64,000 nucleotides of DNA from an uncultured delta proteobacterium (GTDB taxonomy: Bacteria; Myxococcota_A; Polyangia; Fen-1088): NCBI GenBank assembly GCA_963796685.1, contig CAWCMR010000020.1, forward strand, positions 1 to 64,000. Reading direction: 5' to 3'. The notes below the pieces were generated by a model. The model saw only the letters and a program-made list of their open reading frames with translations, did not search any database and was not told the DNA's origin. This document shows positions 33,823 through 44,035 of the stretch, piece after piece. The translations under genes and the position numbers were made by a program. Each line of letters opens with the position of its first letter. The first letter of the stretch is position 1.

Positions 33823-34970
33823 CTAAGGAATGCCTTGCGCGACCAGGCCGGCGGTCCACACGTCGGCCATGGGTTGCGAGCCCGTGGCGTTGGGGTGAAC
33901 GCCATCCGAGGTGTTGGTGGAATTGGGCGTGTAGCTCCCGGCTGGCTGCAGCGCGGCCCAGACGTTCACAACGTAGATCGGCGAAACGGCAGTGCTCTTG
34001 CCGGTGGCCCAGGTCGGGATTTGGGCGTTGAGGGCTTCGACCCGGGCCTCGCAGTCCGTGCAACCGCTGGGATTCATCGGCGTGATCTGGGCGACGAAAA
34101 AGATCACCCCGGGATTCTGACCGCGGAACTGGTCGACCACGAAGCTGTAGGCGCTGGTGATGTCGGCCGGTGCGATGTTGCTCCAGACGTCGTTGGTTCC
34201 GTATTCCATCAGGACGACATCGGGCTTTTCGGCGGCCCACGCCATCAGCTCGGTGAGGCTGCCCTTGTTCTGCGAAGCCTGGGCGTTCGAGGTCAGGTAG
34301 GTCACGAGGTAGCCGCCGTGACCCTCGGTTTGGACGTTGGCCACGCCGTTGCCGCAACTCTGGTTGTTCAGTACGGTACCCACGAAGGTGAAGTCGGTGT
34401 GGCCCTTGTCGATGCAGCTCCTTGGACAGGAGCTTGGGGTAGCACGTGGTGCCGGTGATGGAATCGCCGAGCGGCATGATCTGCCATGTGCCGGCGTGGG
34501 TCGAGCCGCCCGCGCCGGTCGTGCTTGTGGCACCGCCGCTGCCCTTGGATTCCCCCGGTCGTCGTGATGCCGCCGGAGGAACTTGCTCCGCCGGTGGCAC
34601 CACCCGCGTTGCTCGCGCCACCGAAACCTGCGGCACCTCCGGTCGATGAATCGCCGCCCGTGGTGGTCACGCCGCCAGCAGAAATTGCGCCACCGCTCGC
34701 CTTGCTACCGCCCAAGGAGGTCGTGCCACCAGAAGGCGCGACACCGCCTGAGCCGAGGGTGCCACCGTTCGACATTGTCCCACCTCCGCTACCCCCGCTT
34801 GCCTGCGTGCCCCCCGATCCTGTCGCGCCACCCACGTTGGTGGCGCCGCCGCTGCCGGGCGAACCTCCGCTTGCCAGGCCATCGCCGGTTGGTTCGCGGG
34901 TACAGGCGCCAGCGAGCCAGAGCAAGCCCAGGGCAATGAAAGTCCTTTGCAGGCAAGTGTTTCTCGGCAT
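33823..34970 (-). CDS. SGNH/GDSL hydrolase (carbohydrate-esterase-like) lipoprotein, two frameshifts
   Basis: Lipobox LAGAC, long G/S/T linker, IMPLGDSIT, EGHGGY, PDVVLMEYGTND, DGVHPN. Pieces lie in three frames with shifts near 34550 and 34415. Confidence 0.8.
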
Positions 34971-35024
34971 ATCGGCACCTTTTTCAAGCCTAACGCCCGC
35001 GTGAAGGCTTGTCATTCTCCATCC

Positions 35025-35077
35025 AGATTCTGGTGAGATTCTGGTGAGCTTACAATTTCTAGGCCGCGGCGTATAAT
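35025..35077 (+). promoter_or_regulatory. Putative sigma70 promoter with upstream 11-bp tandem repeat
   Basis: AGATTCTGGTG x2 (35025-35046), TTACAA (35050-35055), 16 nt, TATAAT (35072-35077). Confidence 0.45.
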
Positions 35078-35118
35078 GGCGCCGGTCTCCCCCCGCCAAC
35101 GTTCTTAGGAGCTTAGCC

Positions 35119-37351
35119 ATGAAGAAGAATGTGCGTTCCGGATTGCATCTCGTCTCGGTGCCGGTCGGTTTGGTCCTCGCCTTCTTCATCCTTCAAGGCT
35201 GCAAGGGATCGACCAGCTCGCCGCCGTCCGGCGGAACGGGTGGCGATCCTCCAGCGTTGGGTGGCGGGGGCGAAGCGAGCAGCGCCACAGGAGGCGGAGG
35301 CAGCGGCGGCGTGAGCAGCGGCGGCTTGGGCACCGGTGGGGTCATCGGAACAGGGGGCAACACCGGCAAGGGCGGATCGGGTTCAGGCGGCGCGGGCAAG
35401 GGAGGCTCCGGCGGGACCACCGTCGTCGGAACCGCGTGCGGTGGTCCGGGACAGATCTGCTGCTCCGGCAACAGTTGCCGGAACAACGGCTGTTGCGCCT
35501 CCAATATCTGCGTTGCCGATGGCGCCTCGTGCCTGCCTCTGCCGGGAACCTGCAGCGCCGGCTCATGTAACACCGGGGCCTGCGGCGGCCCGGGCAAACC
35601 CTGTTGCCCGACGGGAACCAGTACGAGCGCAAGCTACTGTAGCGCTCCGGGCACGAAGTGTGTCTCCGGCATTTGTGGCTTGTGCGGAAACAACGCCGGC
35701 GATACCTGCTGCTACACCACGCCCGCCTCCTCGAGCAGCAGCACGACGACCGTGTGCCTGGGCAGCGGTTTGGTTTGCAGCAGCACATCTTCTTCGAGCG
35801 GTGTCTGTGCCACCTGCGGAACGCCGGGCAGCCCCTGCTGTCCGGGCAGCAAGTGCAGCGGCAATGCCTGCTGTTACAATGAACAATGCGTGGCCGAATC
35901 GGCGTCTTGCGGGCCCACGACGGCGGGGACCGGCGGGACGACCGGCACGAACCCCGGCGTGTGCGCGGCGGGGAAGTGTGCCGGCTGCGGCGCCTCGGGA
36001 CAGCCGTGCTGCGGCTCCACCACACCCAGCTGCGGCGCCGGCCTTTCCTGTCGCAACAGCGTCTGTTCGTCCTGCGGCGACCCGGGTGAGACGTGCTGTC
36101 CCGGCAGCAACGGCACGGATCGGTGCGTGGCTGGCTCGGTGTGCAACTCCACGTCGTCCACGGGTCTGTGCGCCCTGTGCGGTACCCCGGGTGCGCCTTG
36201 TTGCCCGGGCAATACTTGCAGCAGCGGTTGCTGCTTCAACGGCAGTCTGCCTGGCCGACGGCTCCAGCTGCAGCACCAGCTCGAGCTACACCTACGGTTC
36301 GTGTACTTCCGGGCGCTGCACCTGCGGTAACGCGGGCGAGCCGTGCTGCCCGACCAGCACCTTCCCGACCAGCACCGGCTGCGCGACCTATGACCTGAGC
36401 TGCACGGGCTCCGTCGGGTACAGCTCCTCGGTGTGCGCCGCCTGCGGCAAGACCGGTGGTCCATGTTGCGCGGGCAGCACTTGCACGGACGCCGGCACCC
36501 AGTGCCTGTCCGACAGCTCGACCGGCCTTTACACCTGCAAGCAGTGCGGAGGGACGGGCCAGCCGTGCTGCTCGACATCCTCGTTGTCCACGGCCACCGC
36601 GTGCAAGGATCCCACCAACCAGTGCTTGTACAACAGCTCGACCGGCAACTACACCTGCAGAACCTGCGGGGCCTTGGGTGAGACCTGCTGCTCGACCTCC
36701 TCGTCGTCCACCACCCCCGCGTGCAAGGATGCAACCGCGGCCTGCGACAGCTCGACGAGCATTTGCCAGGTGTGCGGCTCCGCCGGCGGCCCTTGTTGCG
36801 CCAACAATACGTGTAATGACGCCAACGCGATCTGCAAAAGCTCGCGCTGCACCGTGTGTGGCACGCCGGGCACCACGACCTCGACGGCAAGCCCGTGCTG
36901 TGCGGGCAACGCCTGCACGGGCGGGTGCTGTGTTACCCGCTACAGCACGACGTTCTCGTCCGGCAATCAAGTGTGCATGGCCGCCGGCGTAGCCTGCGAC
37001 ACCCTCTATTCAAGCACGACCAACCCCGTGTGCGACGTGACCACGGTGGCTGGCGGCTCGTGTACGGGCGGCACCCCGACCACGGCTTGCGGCGGCCTCG
37101 GCCAAGCCTGTTGCGTTTCGAGCTACTCTTCTTCGACGAGCTACTACTACTGTGGCGCCCCGGGCAGCCGTTGTATTTCCAGCACCTCATCAACCACGGG
37201 TAGCACGCAGTACCTGTGCACCGCGTGCGGCGACAAGGGCCAGCGCTGTTGCACCGATTCGTCGAGCTCGACCACCAGCTCGGCGATAGGTTGCAAGTCT
37301 CCCTACCTGTGCGCTTACGACTCGAGCACCGGATACTACTACTGCAACTAG
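35119..37351 (+). CDS. Cys-rich repeat lipoprotein (CGxxGxxCC repeats), frameshift near 36244
   Basis: Lipobox ILQGC, Gly stalk, 13 exact CGxxGxxCC motifs across the two frames. Confidence 0.8.
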
Positions 37352-37408
37352 TAGGGCCGAAGACGTAGCTGGAACAAACGCCCCTCGGGCGAGAGCCGAG
37401 GAACATCT

Positions 37409-37427
37409 ATGGTAGAATCCGTACCAT
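37409..37427 (+). promoter_or_regulatory. vapBC operator/extended -10 (likely leaderless mRNA)
   Basis: ATGGTA-GAATCCG-TACCAT inverted repeat overlapping TGGTAGAAT and the ATG at 37426. Confidence 0.55.
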
Positions 37428-37677
37428 GAACGTTACCATCGATTCTGCCGGACGCCTCGTGGTGCCCAAGGCCATTCGCGACGAGGCAGAGCTACGACCC
37501 GACATGCCGCTCACCATCAGGTGCCGCGACGGCCGCATCGAGATCGAGCCAGCCGCCCAGCCGGTGACCCGCGTGAAGAAAGGCCGCGTGGCGGTGGCGT
37601 TGGCCGCGAGCGCGCCTAACTTGTCGGCCGGAATCGTGCGACGCACGCAGCAGCGGTTGCGAGGGCGCCGGGCGTGA
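37426..37677 (+). CDS. vapB: AbrB/MazE-type antitoxin (VapB)
   Basis: TIDSAGRLVVPKAIRD...GRIEIEP; overlaps the PIN gene (GTGA). Confidence 0.88.
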   Translation: MNVTIDSAGRLVVPKAIRDEAELRPDMPLTIRCRDGRIEIEPAAQPVTRVKKGRVAVALAASAPNLSAGIVRRTQQRLRGRRA

Positions 37678-38105
37678 TTCGGGAAGCCGTCGATACCAGC
37701 GTGGTCGTTGCCGCCCTGCTTGGCTGGCACGAGAGCCATGAGGCGGCGCGGAAGGCGTTGGAACGCGGACTCACGGCCGAGCGTCTCGTCCTGCCGGCAC
37801 CAACGCTCATCGAGGCCTACGCCGTCATGACACGTTTGCCATCCCCGCATCGGCTGAGCCCGGCGGATGCTGGCGCGCTCTTGCGCGACACCTTCGCAGG
37901 GGTAGACACGGTTGCCCTTGATGGCAGCGAGGTCTGGCGGCTCATCGACGATCTCGAGACGACCCAAGTCGCTGGCGGCCGCAGCTACGACGGGCACATT
38001 CTGGCGTGTGCGCGCAAAGCGGGTGCCAGAAGGCTGCTGACCCTGAACGAACGCGACTTCCACGCGCTGGGGGATGCCGCCATCGAAATCGTTCGGCCAG
38101 AGTAG
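37674..38105 (+). CDS. vapC: PIN-domain toxin (VapC)
   Basis: AVDTSVVVA, E.YAV.TR.P, GGRSYD.HI..CA, LLTLNERDF. Confidence 0.88.
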   Translation: MIREAVDTSVVVAALLGWHESHEAARKALERGLTAERLVLPAPTLIEAYAVMTRLPSPHRLSPADAGALLRDTFAGVDTVALDGSEVWRLIDDLETTQVAGGRSYDGHILACARKAGARRLLTLNERDFHALGDAAIEIVRPE

Positions 38106-38138
38106 CGCCGCCTTCGCAAAGCCGTCGTTTCCCAAGTC

Positions 38139-38315
38139 CTACTGGCAGGTGAGCTCGAGCATGGTTCCTGGCGTCAGCGCATCGGCGCCGATGGTCTGTA
38201 CGAGATACTCGCCTGTCGCACAGGGCGCCGCGTCCGCAGTCACGGTGTAGCATGGCGCCATCGGGGCATTGTCATCGCAGACGGGGACCACGTTTGCTCC
38301 CTGCGAGTAGCCCAT
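38139..38315 (-). pseudogene. Probable C-terminal remnant of a Cys-containing exported protein
   Basis: Short ORF VVPVCDDNAPMAPCYTVTADAAPC...LELTCQ with no signal peptide or N-terminal part. Confidence 0.35.
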
Positions 38316-38439
38316 GCCTACTTTATGACGATGCCTCTCTTTCCTGGGGCCGTAGGGCATCCTATCCTAGAATCTCTGCCATGGAGAGACCCTGATGGAG
38401 TCACGGACGCGCGACCGTGGTCGCGGCTTTTTCGACGGA

Positions 38440-38717
38440 GTGTCGGCCTCGTTTGGTGTGGTGCTCGCGTGTCGCGCATGCTTGGCGCACCGGAACTGCA
38501 AGCGTTCAGCAAGCTTGGGGGCAGGGCGAAGGTCCCGCCGTTTGTCTTCATCGCCAGCTCCGGAGACAAAGAGCTGCAGGTGGAAGCGAGACCATTCGAA
38601 GCGGTGGCGGTATTGGAGAAGCCGATCGACATGGCCAATCTCCGCGATCTTGTGAACAGTTTTCTGCATCATCCTACCGGGGAACGTGGCGGTCTGCCGG
38701 CGAATACCCGTGGCTGA
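38440..38717 (+). pseudogene. Degenerate response-regulator receiver domain fragment
   Basis: RMLG...PFVFIASSGD....EA....AVAVLEKPIDMANLRDLV resembles the C-terminal half of a receiver domain; the N-terminal acidic pocket is missing. Confidence 0.5.
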
Positions 38718-38898
38718 GAAGGGGAGAATTGCCCGGTCCATTGGGAAATAGTCCCGACGCCTGTTGCGATGGCACATCGCATTCCGCCTGTTTCCGCCAA
38801 TCCCGCTCAAACTGAAAGCGCGTGACGACGGGTACAGGCCATGTCGGCGACGATCCGCGATGGCAACGCTCGGAGGAAACCTCGGGGCAGTAGGAAGG

Positions 38899-40002
38899 TT
38901 ACTTGGTGGGCAGCGCGACGGGACCGGCCCCGGCGATGAGCACGCGCTCGATCTCGCCCGCCGGGCCGCTGGCGCCGCCGGACTTCCATCGCTGCAGCGT
39001 GTGCCCGCTGGTATTCAACACGACGAGCTCGCTGCCGGTAGCCACCCACACCCGCCCCGACGAGTCGACGGCGATGTCGTTGATTCCGTTCGTGGAGATG
39101 GCTTCGCTCGTGCTCGCGTCGCCCGCTCCGTCGAGGCGGGCGATGACGATGGCCCTGCCGTCGGCGCTCGTGCCGGCAAGCAGGTTGGCTGCCCCCGCGC
39201 TTTGCAAATGGGCTTTGTCCGCGCGCCAGTGCGAGGGCTGCCAACCCGCTTCCGTGAACACGAAGCAGCCCGCGAGGTAGCAGGCGATCAACCCTGGTTT
39301 CGAGACGAGCAAGGAGAGCGGAAAGGCAGGCGCCGACTTTGTCTCGGTGTCGGCCTGGTCGTTCTCGGACACTGCGGGCGAATCGAGTCGGGTCCACCTA
39401 CCACCCGTCACGCGCCAAAGGCCGTTCCAACTCGCCACCCATACCGCGCGTCCGTCGGTCACGATGTCGAGCAGACGGTTGTCGTCGAAGGCGCCCGCGA
39501 GGCTGTTGCGGGTGCGAGTGGTCTTCCAGCGGATGCCGTCGTAGCGCACGACGCTGCCGTGGTCGTCGTTGATGGTCCACACGTCGGTGGGCGAGCGGAT
39601 GGCCAGCTTGGCGAAGCTCTCATGGTTGAGGGTGACCGCCTTTCCATGGACGATTCGCACCACGCCCTCGCCGCGCAAGCTTGCCCACAGCATGCCTTCG
39701 CCGTCGAGCTGCATGTCGCGCAAGGTGGCCTGCGTCTTCAGGACCGTGGATATCTCGCCGTTCCGCAGGCGCTGGATGCCGACGCCTTTCACGAAGACAT
39801 AGGCGGCGTCCGTATGTTCGTCGACTGCCACCTCGGGCGCGGCGTCTGCAACCGCGGGCCGCGGGGCCGAGCTCTTGCGCTTGGACTGCGACTTGCCGTG
39901 GCTGCTCGACATGGCCCCGAAGAGCCCGACGGCGACCACCAGCAGCCCAAGCGAAACCCTCGGACCAGGTTGGCCGCGTCGACGGTGCTCGCTCCTCCAC
40001 AT
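38899..40002 (-). CDS. Exported beta-propeller-like protein
   Basis: N-terminal hydrophobic segment; repeats LD.EG.LWA, IVTDGRAVWVASWNGLWR, DIAVDSSGRVWVAT. Confidence 0.65.
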   Translation of the reverse strand: MWRSEHRRRGQPGPRVSLGLLVVAVGLFGAMSSSHGKSQSKRKSSAPRPAVADAAPEVAVDEHTDAAYVFVKGVGIQRLRNGEISTVLKTQATLRDMQLDGEGMLWASLRGEGVVRIVHGKAVTLNHESFAKLAIRSPTDVWTINDDHGSVVRYDGIRWKTTRTRNSLAGAFDDNRLLDIVTDGRAVWVASWNGLWRVTGGRWTRLDSPAVSENDQADTETKSAPAFPLSLLVSKPGLIACYLAGCFVFTEAGWQPSHWRADKAHLQSAGAANLLAGTSADGRAIVIARLDGAGDASTSEAISTNGINDIAVDSSGRVWVATGSELVVLNTSGHTLQRWKSGGASGPAGEIERVLIAGAGPVALPTK

Positions 40003-40024
40003 CGCGGCAGTATATACCTATCGA

Positions 40025-40337
40025 AATGGGAACCCTGGGAGGGTTCCCAACCCCTCCCGCGCTCTGGCTTCGCCGGGCAAAGCCCGGCTCCGCCTACGCG
40101 GTAATGGGAACCCTGGGAGGCTCGGCACCCGCCAGCCCGCCCTACCACCCCCGCGCTACGCGCGGCCTCGCCAACCCCTCCCGCGCTCTGGCGGAGGCGC
40201 GAGGGGCGCGTCCGAAGGACGCGAGGGGGAGGGCGTGGAGGTGTAGGTCCCGAAGCACCGACGAAGTCGGTGGGCAAAGCCCGGCTCCGCCTACGCGGTA
40301 ATGGGAACCCTGGGAGGCTCGGCACCCGCCAGCCCGC
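40025..40337 (+). repeat. Mosaic array of REP-like units (left part; third unit split by the transposon)
   Basis: AATGGGAACCCTGGGAGG units at 40025, 40103 and 40300, with GGGCAAAGCCCGGCTCCGCCTACGCGGT linkers. Confidence 0.85.
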
Positions 40338-40461
40338 GGCTTTGCCCAATGATTGAGCTTGACGCAGGAATTGCTGGGCAGGCGGGGGAATTATTGGGCA
40401 GACGTGATGCTGAACGGATGACGCGTAGCTGTGACTGGCGGGTGGGCGGTAGGGTTGAGCC

Positions 40462-41115
40462 ATGGTGGACATCTACGGCTTCCTGGTCGCCGTCCTCGAC
40501 CATTGGATCGGACTCATGAGCGGCATAGTCGCGCTTGTGTTCGCAATATGGCTTGACCGTACCAAACGGGCGTCAATTCCATCAAAGGTCTTCTGGGGAA
40601 TCGGAATCCTGTGCATTTTTGGAGCTTTCTATCAGACCTGGAAAGACGAGCATGTTGCACGTCTCAAAGCAGATGACGGTCCAAGGCTGGTCGGAGAATT
40701 ATCTGCCTTCTTTGAGTTTGGACCTGGAGAGTTGGACGGTGGGCCGGTAGTGGCTGTTTTGATGAAAATACGTAACCTCGGAACTCCAAGCAGCGCGGAC
40801 GCCTACCGGGTTTCCTTCAAGCTAGGTAACGCGGAGCGAACCATGGATATTGTCGTTGGTGATTCGCAAGAGAAGGTTGTTACGACCTTGAAGTCACGAG
40901 GATACAGGTCGACAGCAATGGACGTGGCTCTTCCCCTGCATTTTCCCGCAATCCAGCGAGGAGAAACGCTGAGCGGATACATCCTGGTCACGACCGGAGA
41001 GCTGACAAAAACAGAATTTGAGCAAGGCGAGCTGACGGTCGGATTCCGAGACGTCCTTGGACAACGGCATTTTGCGTCTGGCTCTTATCGAACCATGGCA
41101 AAACTCGGGCCGTGA
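40462..41115 (+). CDS. Transposon cargo: hypothetical protein with two N-terminal TM helices
   Basis: 217 aa: HWIGLMSG, FYQTWKDEH, then a beta-sandwich-like IRNLGTPS region. Confidence 0.7.
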   Translation: MVDIYGFLVAVLDHWIGLMSGIVALVFAIWLDRTKRASIPSKVFWGIGILCIFGAFYQTWKDEHVARLKADDGPRLVGELSAFFEFGPGELDGGPVVAVLMKIRNLGTPSSADAYRVSFKLGNAERTMDIVVGDSQEKVVTTLKSRGYRSTAMDVALPLHFPAIQRGETLSGYILVTTGELTKTEFEQGELTVGFRDVLGQRHFASGSYRTMAKLGP

Positions 41116-41382
41116 CTACGTTGGTCCTCTCCCGCAGTGCGGGCACGTCCCCTTGACCGGGTACTTCCCAGCGAGCAGGTCGTCCATCCCGACTCCGGCA
41201 AGGCGCGCTACCCGCACCATCATGGATGCGCTCACAGGGTCGTGGCCTAGGAGAACGCCGCGCATGCTCTCGTAGGTGAAGTGCAGGGCCTTGGCAAGCA
41301 GGTCGATCTTGCCGAAGCGAATCCGCAGGAAGCGGAGCGCTACCCGAACATTCCGTTGCTCCTCTGGCGTGAGGTCGCTCAT
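41116..41382 (-). CDS. Small XRE-like HTH protein with C-terminal CPHCG knuckle
   Basis: MSDLTPEEQRNVRVALRFLR...LAKAL....SM..VL.G....SASM..RVARLAGV.MDDLL.G...TCPHCG; starts 5 nt after the transposase stop. Confidence 0.7.
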   Translation of the reverse strand: MSDLTPEEQRNVRVALRFLRIRFGKIDLLAKALHFTYESMRGVLLGHDPVSASMMVRVARLAGVGMDDLLAGKYPVKGTCPHCGRGPT

Positions 41383-41387
41383 GCCGC

Positions 41388-42614
41388 TCACGCCGCCACC
41401 GTTCCCAAGAAGCTCGGCTCGATGCCCAGCCGGTGCATCGCCTGGACGAGCACCGAAAGGTTCTGGCAGAGCGCCTTGCACAGAATCTCGTTCACCTGGG
41501 CGGTGAAGGTCTTGGAGCGCACGGCATGACCGAACTTCCGCTTGACCGCCGAGAAGGTGCTCTCGATGTTGTTGCGCTTTCCGTAGGCGGCCAGGAACTC
41601 CTCTTGCTTGAACATGAAGACGGCGTGCATCTTGCGCCACGCGGGCGAGCCGTCGCTCTGGCTGTTGACCTTGAAGGGCACGAAGGGAGCGGCGCCAGCG
41701 GCTTCGATGGCGGCGAGGTTTTCGTGCGCGAGGTACGCCTTGTCGGCTGAAACCTCGGCGATGCCGAAGTGCTGCTTGGTGGCTGCGACCAATCCCGGAA
41801 GCTCGGGGCAGTCCGCGCCTTCGCTCGTGGTGACCTTGACCGATGTGATGACCTGGGTCGTGGTCCCGACCATCGCGTGCGCCTTGAGCCACGTCGCCTT
41901 CTTCATTTCCTTCCCGTACTTGGCATCGAACCAGCGGCGGTAGACGGCGGCGCTGAAACCCGTGGAGTCGACCGCGAAGCTCGTCTCGATGCTCGCCAGC
42001 GGCGCCGCGCTCTTCTCGATGAGGCTGGTCAGGATGGCCGTCATCTCAGGCTTCTCGAACGCGGCCAAGACGCTGTTGTAGTGCGGGGTTCGGGTCATGT
42101 TGCCAGCTTCGGCGCTGTCTTTGATGTCCGTGCTCGCTCGGCGAGCCGACATCGTGGTGTAGACTTTCAAGACCATCGCGTAGACCGCATCGGACATTGG
42201 GATCGGCTTGGGACCGCGGCCAGGGTGGGCTGGCGTCTGGATACCGTCGCAGAGGCCACGTAGCAGGGCCTGGACGGTCTCCTTCTCACCGACCTGGGCA
42301 GCGTTGTAGGCCGACCAGTCGCGCTCGGTGGTGTGGCTGTAGCTGAAAGATTGGGTCACGGTCTGGTTTCCGTGGGAGTCGGTCTCGACGGTCTGCGCGA
42401 ACGAAATCGCCCACTGGTGCTTGCAGCGGCAGCGGCGAAGCTCGAAGTCGGGACAGGTGCAGGTCTTTGCGGCGGTATTGACGACGTAGCCGCCAGCGTT
42501 ATGCGTCTGCGATGGGACAAGCCAGGTCACGCCAGCGATGTGCTTGATCCGGCGGTCGTTGGAAAGGATGCGTCCGCGCTCTTGCCGAAGGTCCGTTTCG
42601 TTCGTCGTGTCCAT
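41388..42614 (-). CDS. SWIM zinc finger + DDE transposase (IS5 family, IS903-like)
   Basis: SWIM CTCPDF....CKH; DDE FAVDSTG, WLKAH, SADKAY, Y.KRNNIESTFS.VKRKFG..VRSK....QVNE. Confidence 0.9.
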   Translation of the reverse strand: MDTTNETDLRQERGRILSNDRRIKHIAGVTWLVPSQTHNAGGYVVNTAAKTCTCPDFELRRCRCKHQWAISFAQTVETDSHGNQTVTQSFSYSHTTERDWSAYNAAQVGEKETVQALLRGLCDGIQTPAHPGRGPKPIPMSDAVYAMVLKVYTTMSARRASTDIKDSAEAGNMTRTPHYNSVLAAFEKPEMTAILTSLIEKSAAPLASIETSFAVDSTGFSAAVYRRWFDAKYGKEMKKATWLKAHAMVGTTTQVITSVKVTTSEGADCPELPGLVAATKQHFGIAEVSADKAYLAHENLAAIEAAGAAPFVPFKVNSQSDGSPAWRKMHAVFMFKQEEFLAAYGKRNNIESTFSAVKRKFGHAVRSKTFTAQVNEILCKALCQNLSVLVQAMHRLGIEPSFLGTVAA

Positions 42615-42622
42615 GTGGATAG

Positions 42623-42642
42623 TATTACCTAGCTAAGTAATA
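42623..42642. promoter_or_regulatory. Palindromic operator in the divergent transposase/Zn-ribbon promoter
   Basis: TATTACCTAGCTAAGTAATA is an 18/20 palindrome lying 8 nt from the transposase ATG. Confidence 0.55.
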
Positions 42643-42719
42643 TTAGCAAGGACAATCTACAGAGCAATAGTAGAAAGGTTTACTTTACTACGGAGGAGCG
42701 GGCGTGTATCCTGGCGGGC

Positions 42720-42902
42720 ATGGCTGAAATCATGATCAAGGTGCCGGGCTACCGCTGCGAGCGCTGCGGCCACGAGTGGGTGGCCAGGGCGTCGCGCAAC
42801 GCGCCGCAAGCGAAGAAAGGCGAGACTGCGCGCCCAAGGCTGTGCCCATCATGCAAGAGTGCATGGTGGGACGTAGCCCCGAAGAGCGAAGCGAAAAAGT
42901 AA
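42720..42902 (+). CDS. 60-aa zinc-ribbon protein
   Basis: YRCERCGHEW.AR...PRLCPSCKSAWWD (CxxC...CxxC); divergent from the transposase. Confidence 0.75.
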   Translation: MAEIMIKVPGYRCERCGHEWVARASRNAPQAKKGETARPRLCPSCKSAWWDVAPKSEAKK

Positions 42903-42910
42903 CCCGTTGG

Positions 42911-44035
42911 TTACTTCACAAGACGGATAGAATCTCCTGGATTTCCAGGCGTCGGTTGTATCCGATACGACGCAAGCAACTCCGGCGTGTTCCAGTGGGC
43001 GAGATCGGCCAACTGGTTGACGGTGTATCCGAGGGTTTCTGTGTGGAAGTCGAGCATCTCTTGAAGCGTTCTCGGTATTTCGCGAGCTGGCTCCAACTCT
43101 GCTGGCTCACGCATTCGATACCCCATTTTTGCAATCTGAACCCATAGGTATCGAGCTTGCGGTTCTGTTATGGTGCCGAGATTCTCGGCCCGTTTTAGAA
43201 GGGCCTGCATTGATACCTTCCAATAGGGCTTCATCGAGGCCAGCTTTTGCACGGTAAGATTGTGGAGTTGGCTTCGAATTTCTTCGGCCGGCATCAGGAA
43301 CTCGGCAGCAAAGGCGTTGGCCTCGTCTTCGATGTGAGGTGACAGCGTGGCATGCATAACCATGTGCCCGATCTCGTGGGCGAGCGTCAGGCGTTCGCGA
43401 TCTTGGGGGATTGTCTCATTCACAAAGAACATCGGCGGCAAGCCGGGAACCCACCTGCTTACAGCATCAACAAGGTTGGTCCCGAAAGCGAACCTCACGA
43501 CTACCCCGCCGGCCTCCTCGATGGCGTCAACCACACTCGCGACTGGCCCCTTTGGCAAGTTCCATGAGCTTCTCACCGCATGTGCGATCTCGGATGGAGA
43601 TCCTCCGAACTCCTCCGGATCCAATCGAGGAAACTTCTCTTCTTCAAGTTCGGCGCTCTTGAGGAAAGAAAATACGTGGGCCATGCGGATGTTTATCTGA
43701 GCATGGATGCGCGCCATTTCCCGCGCTGATGTCGCCTTACGCTTGCGATGATAGAACTCGCTCGTGCTCGGCCCAAAGATGCGGAACTCTTGCGAGAAGA
43801 AGCTCTCGGGATAGTCAAGCTCCGTGGCCAATGTCGACACCAGTTGTAGGGGAACTGGAGCATGTCCAGTCTCTATCTTCGATAGCCTTCCTTGAGAAAT
43901 GTTCAGTCTTTCCGCAAGCTCCTTCTGTGTCATCCCGCGCGACTCTCGCGCAAGGACGACCATCTCGGGTGTTATCGATTTCCAGAATCCGCCATTCGAG
44001 TCGTTCCCGTCGTCACTTCTTCTTGTTTGATTCAT
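42911..44035 (-). CDS. XRE-HTH + ImmA/IrrE (M78) zinc metallopeptidase
   Basis: LARESRGMTQKELAERLNISQGRLSKIETG; RERLTLAHEIGH; EDEANAFAAEFLMP; WKVSMQAL. Exact start uncertain. Confidence 0.9.
   Translation of the reverse strand: MNQTRRSDDGNDSNGGFWKSITPEMVVLARESRGMTQKELAERLNISQGRLSKIETGHAPVPLQLVSTLATELDYPESFFSQEFRIFGPSTSEFYHRKRKATSAREMARIHAQINIRMAHVFSFLKSAELEEEKFPRLDPEEFGGSPSEIAHAVRSSWNLPKGPVASVVDAIEEAGGVVVRFAFGTNLVDAVSRWVPGLPPMFFVNETIPQDRERLTLAHEIGHMVMHATLSPHIEDEANAFAAEFLMPAEEIRSQLHNLTVQKLASMKPYWKVSMQALLKRAENLGTITEPQARYLWVQIAKMGYRMREPAELEPAREIPRTLQEMLDFHTETLGYTVNQLADLAHWNTPELLASYRIQPTPGNPGDSIRLVK

Noticed and set aside
40025-40337. CRISPR or guide-RNA array associated with the transposase
   Set aside because: Spacing is irregular, the modules recur at unrelated loci, the array lies outside the TIRs, and no TnpB/IscB/IS110 motifs are present.
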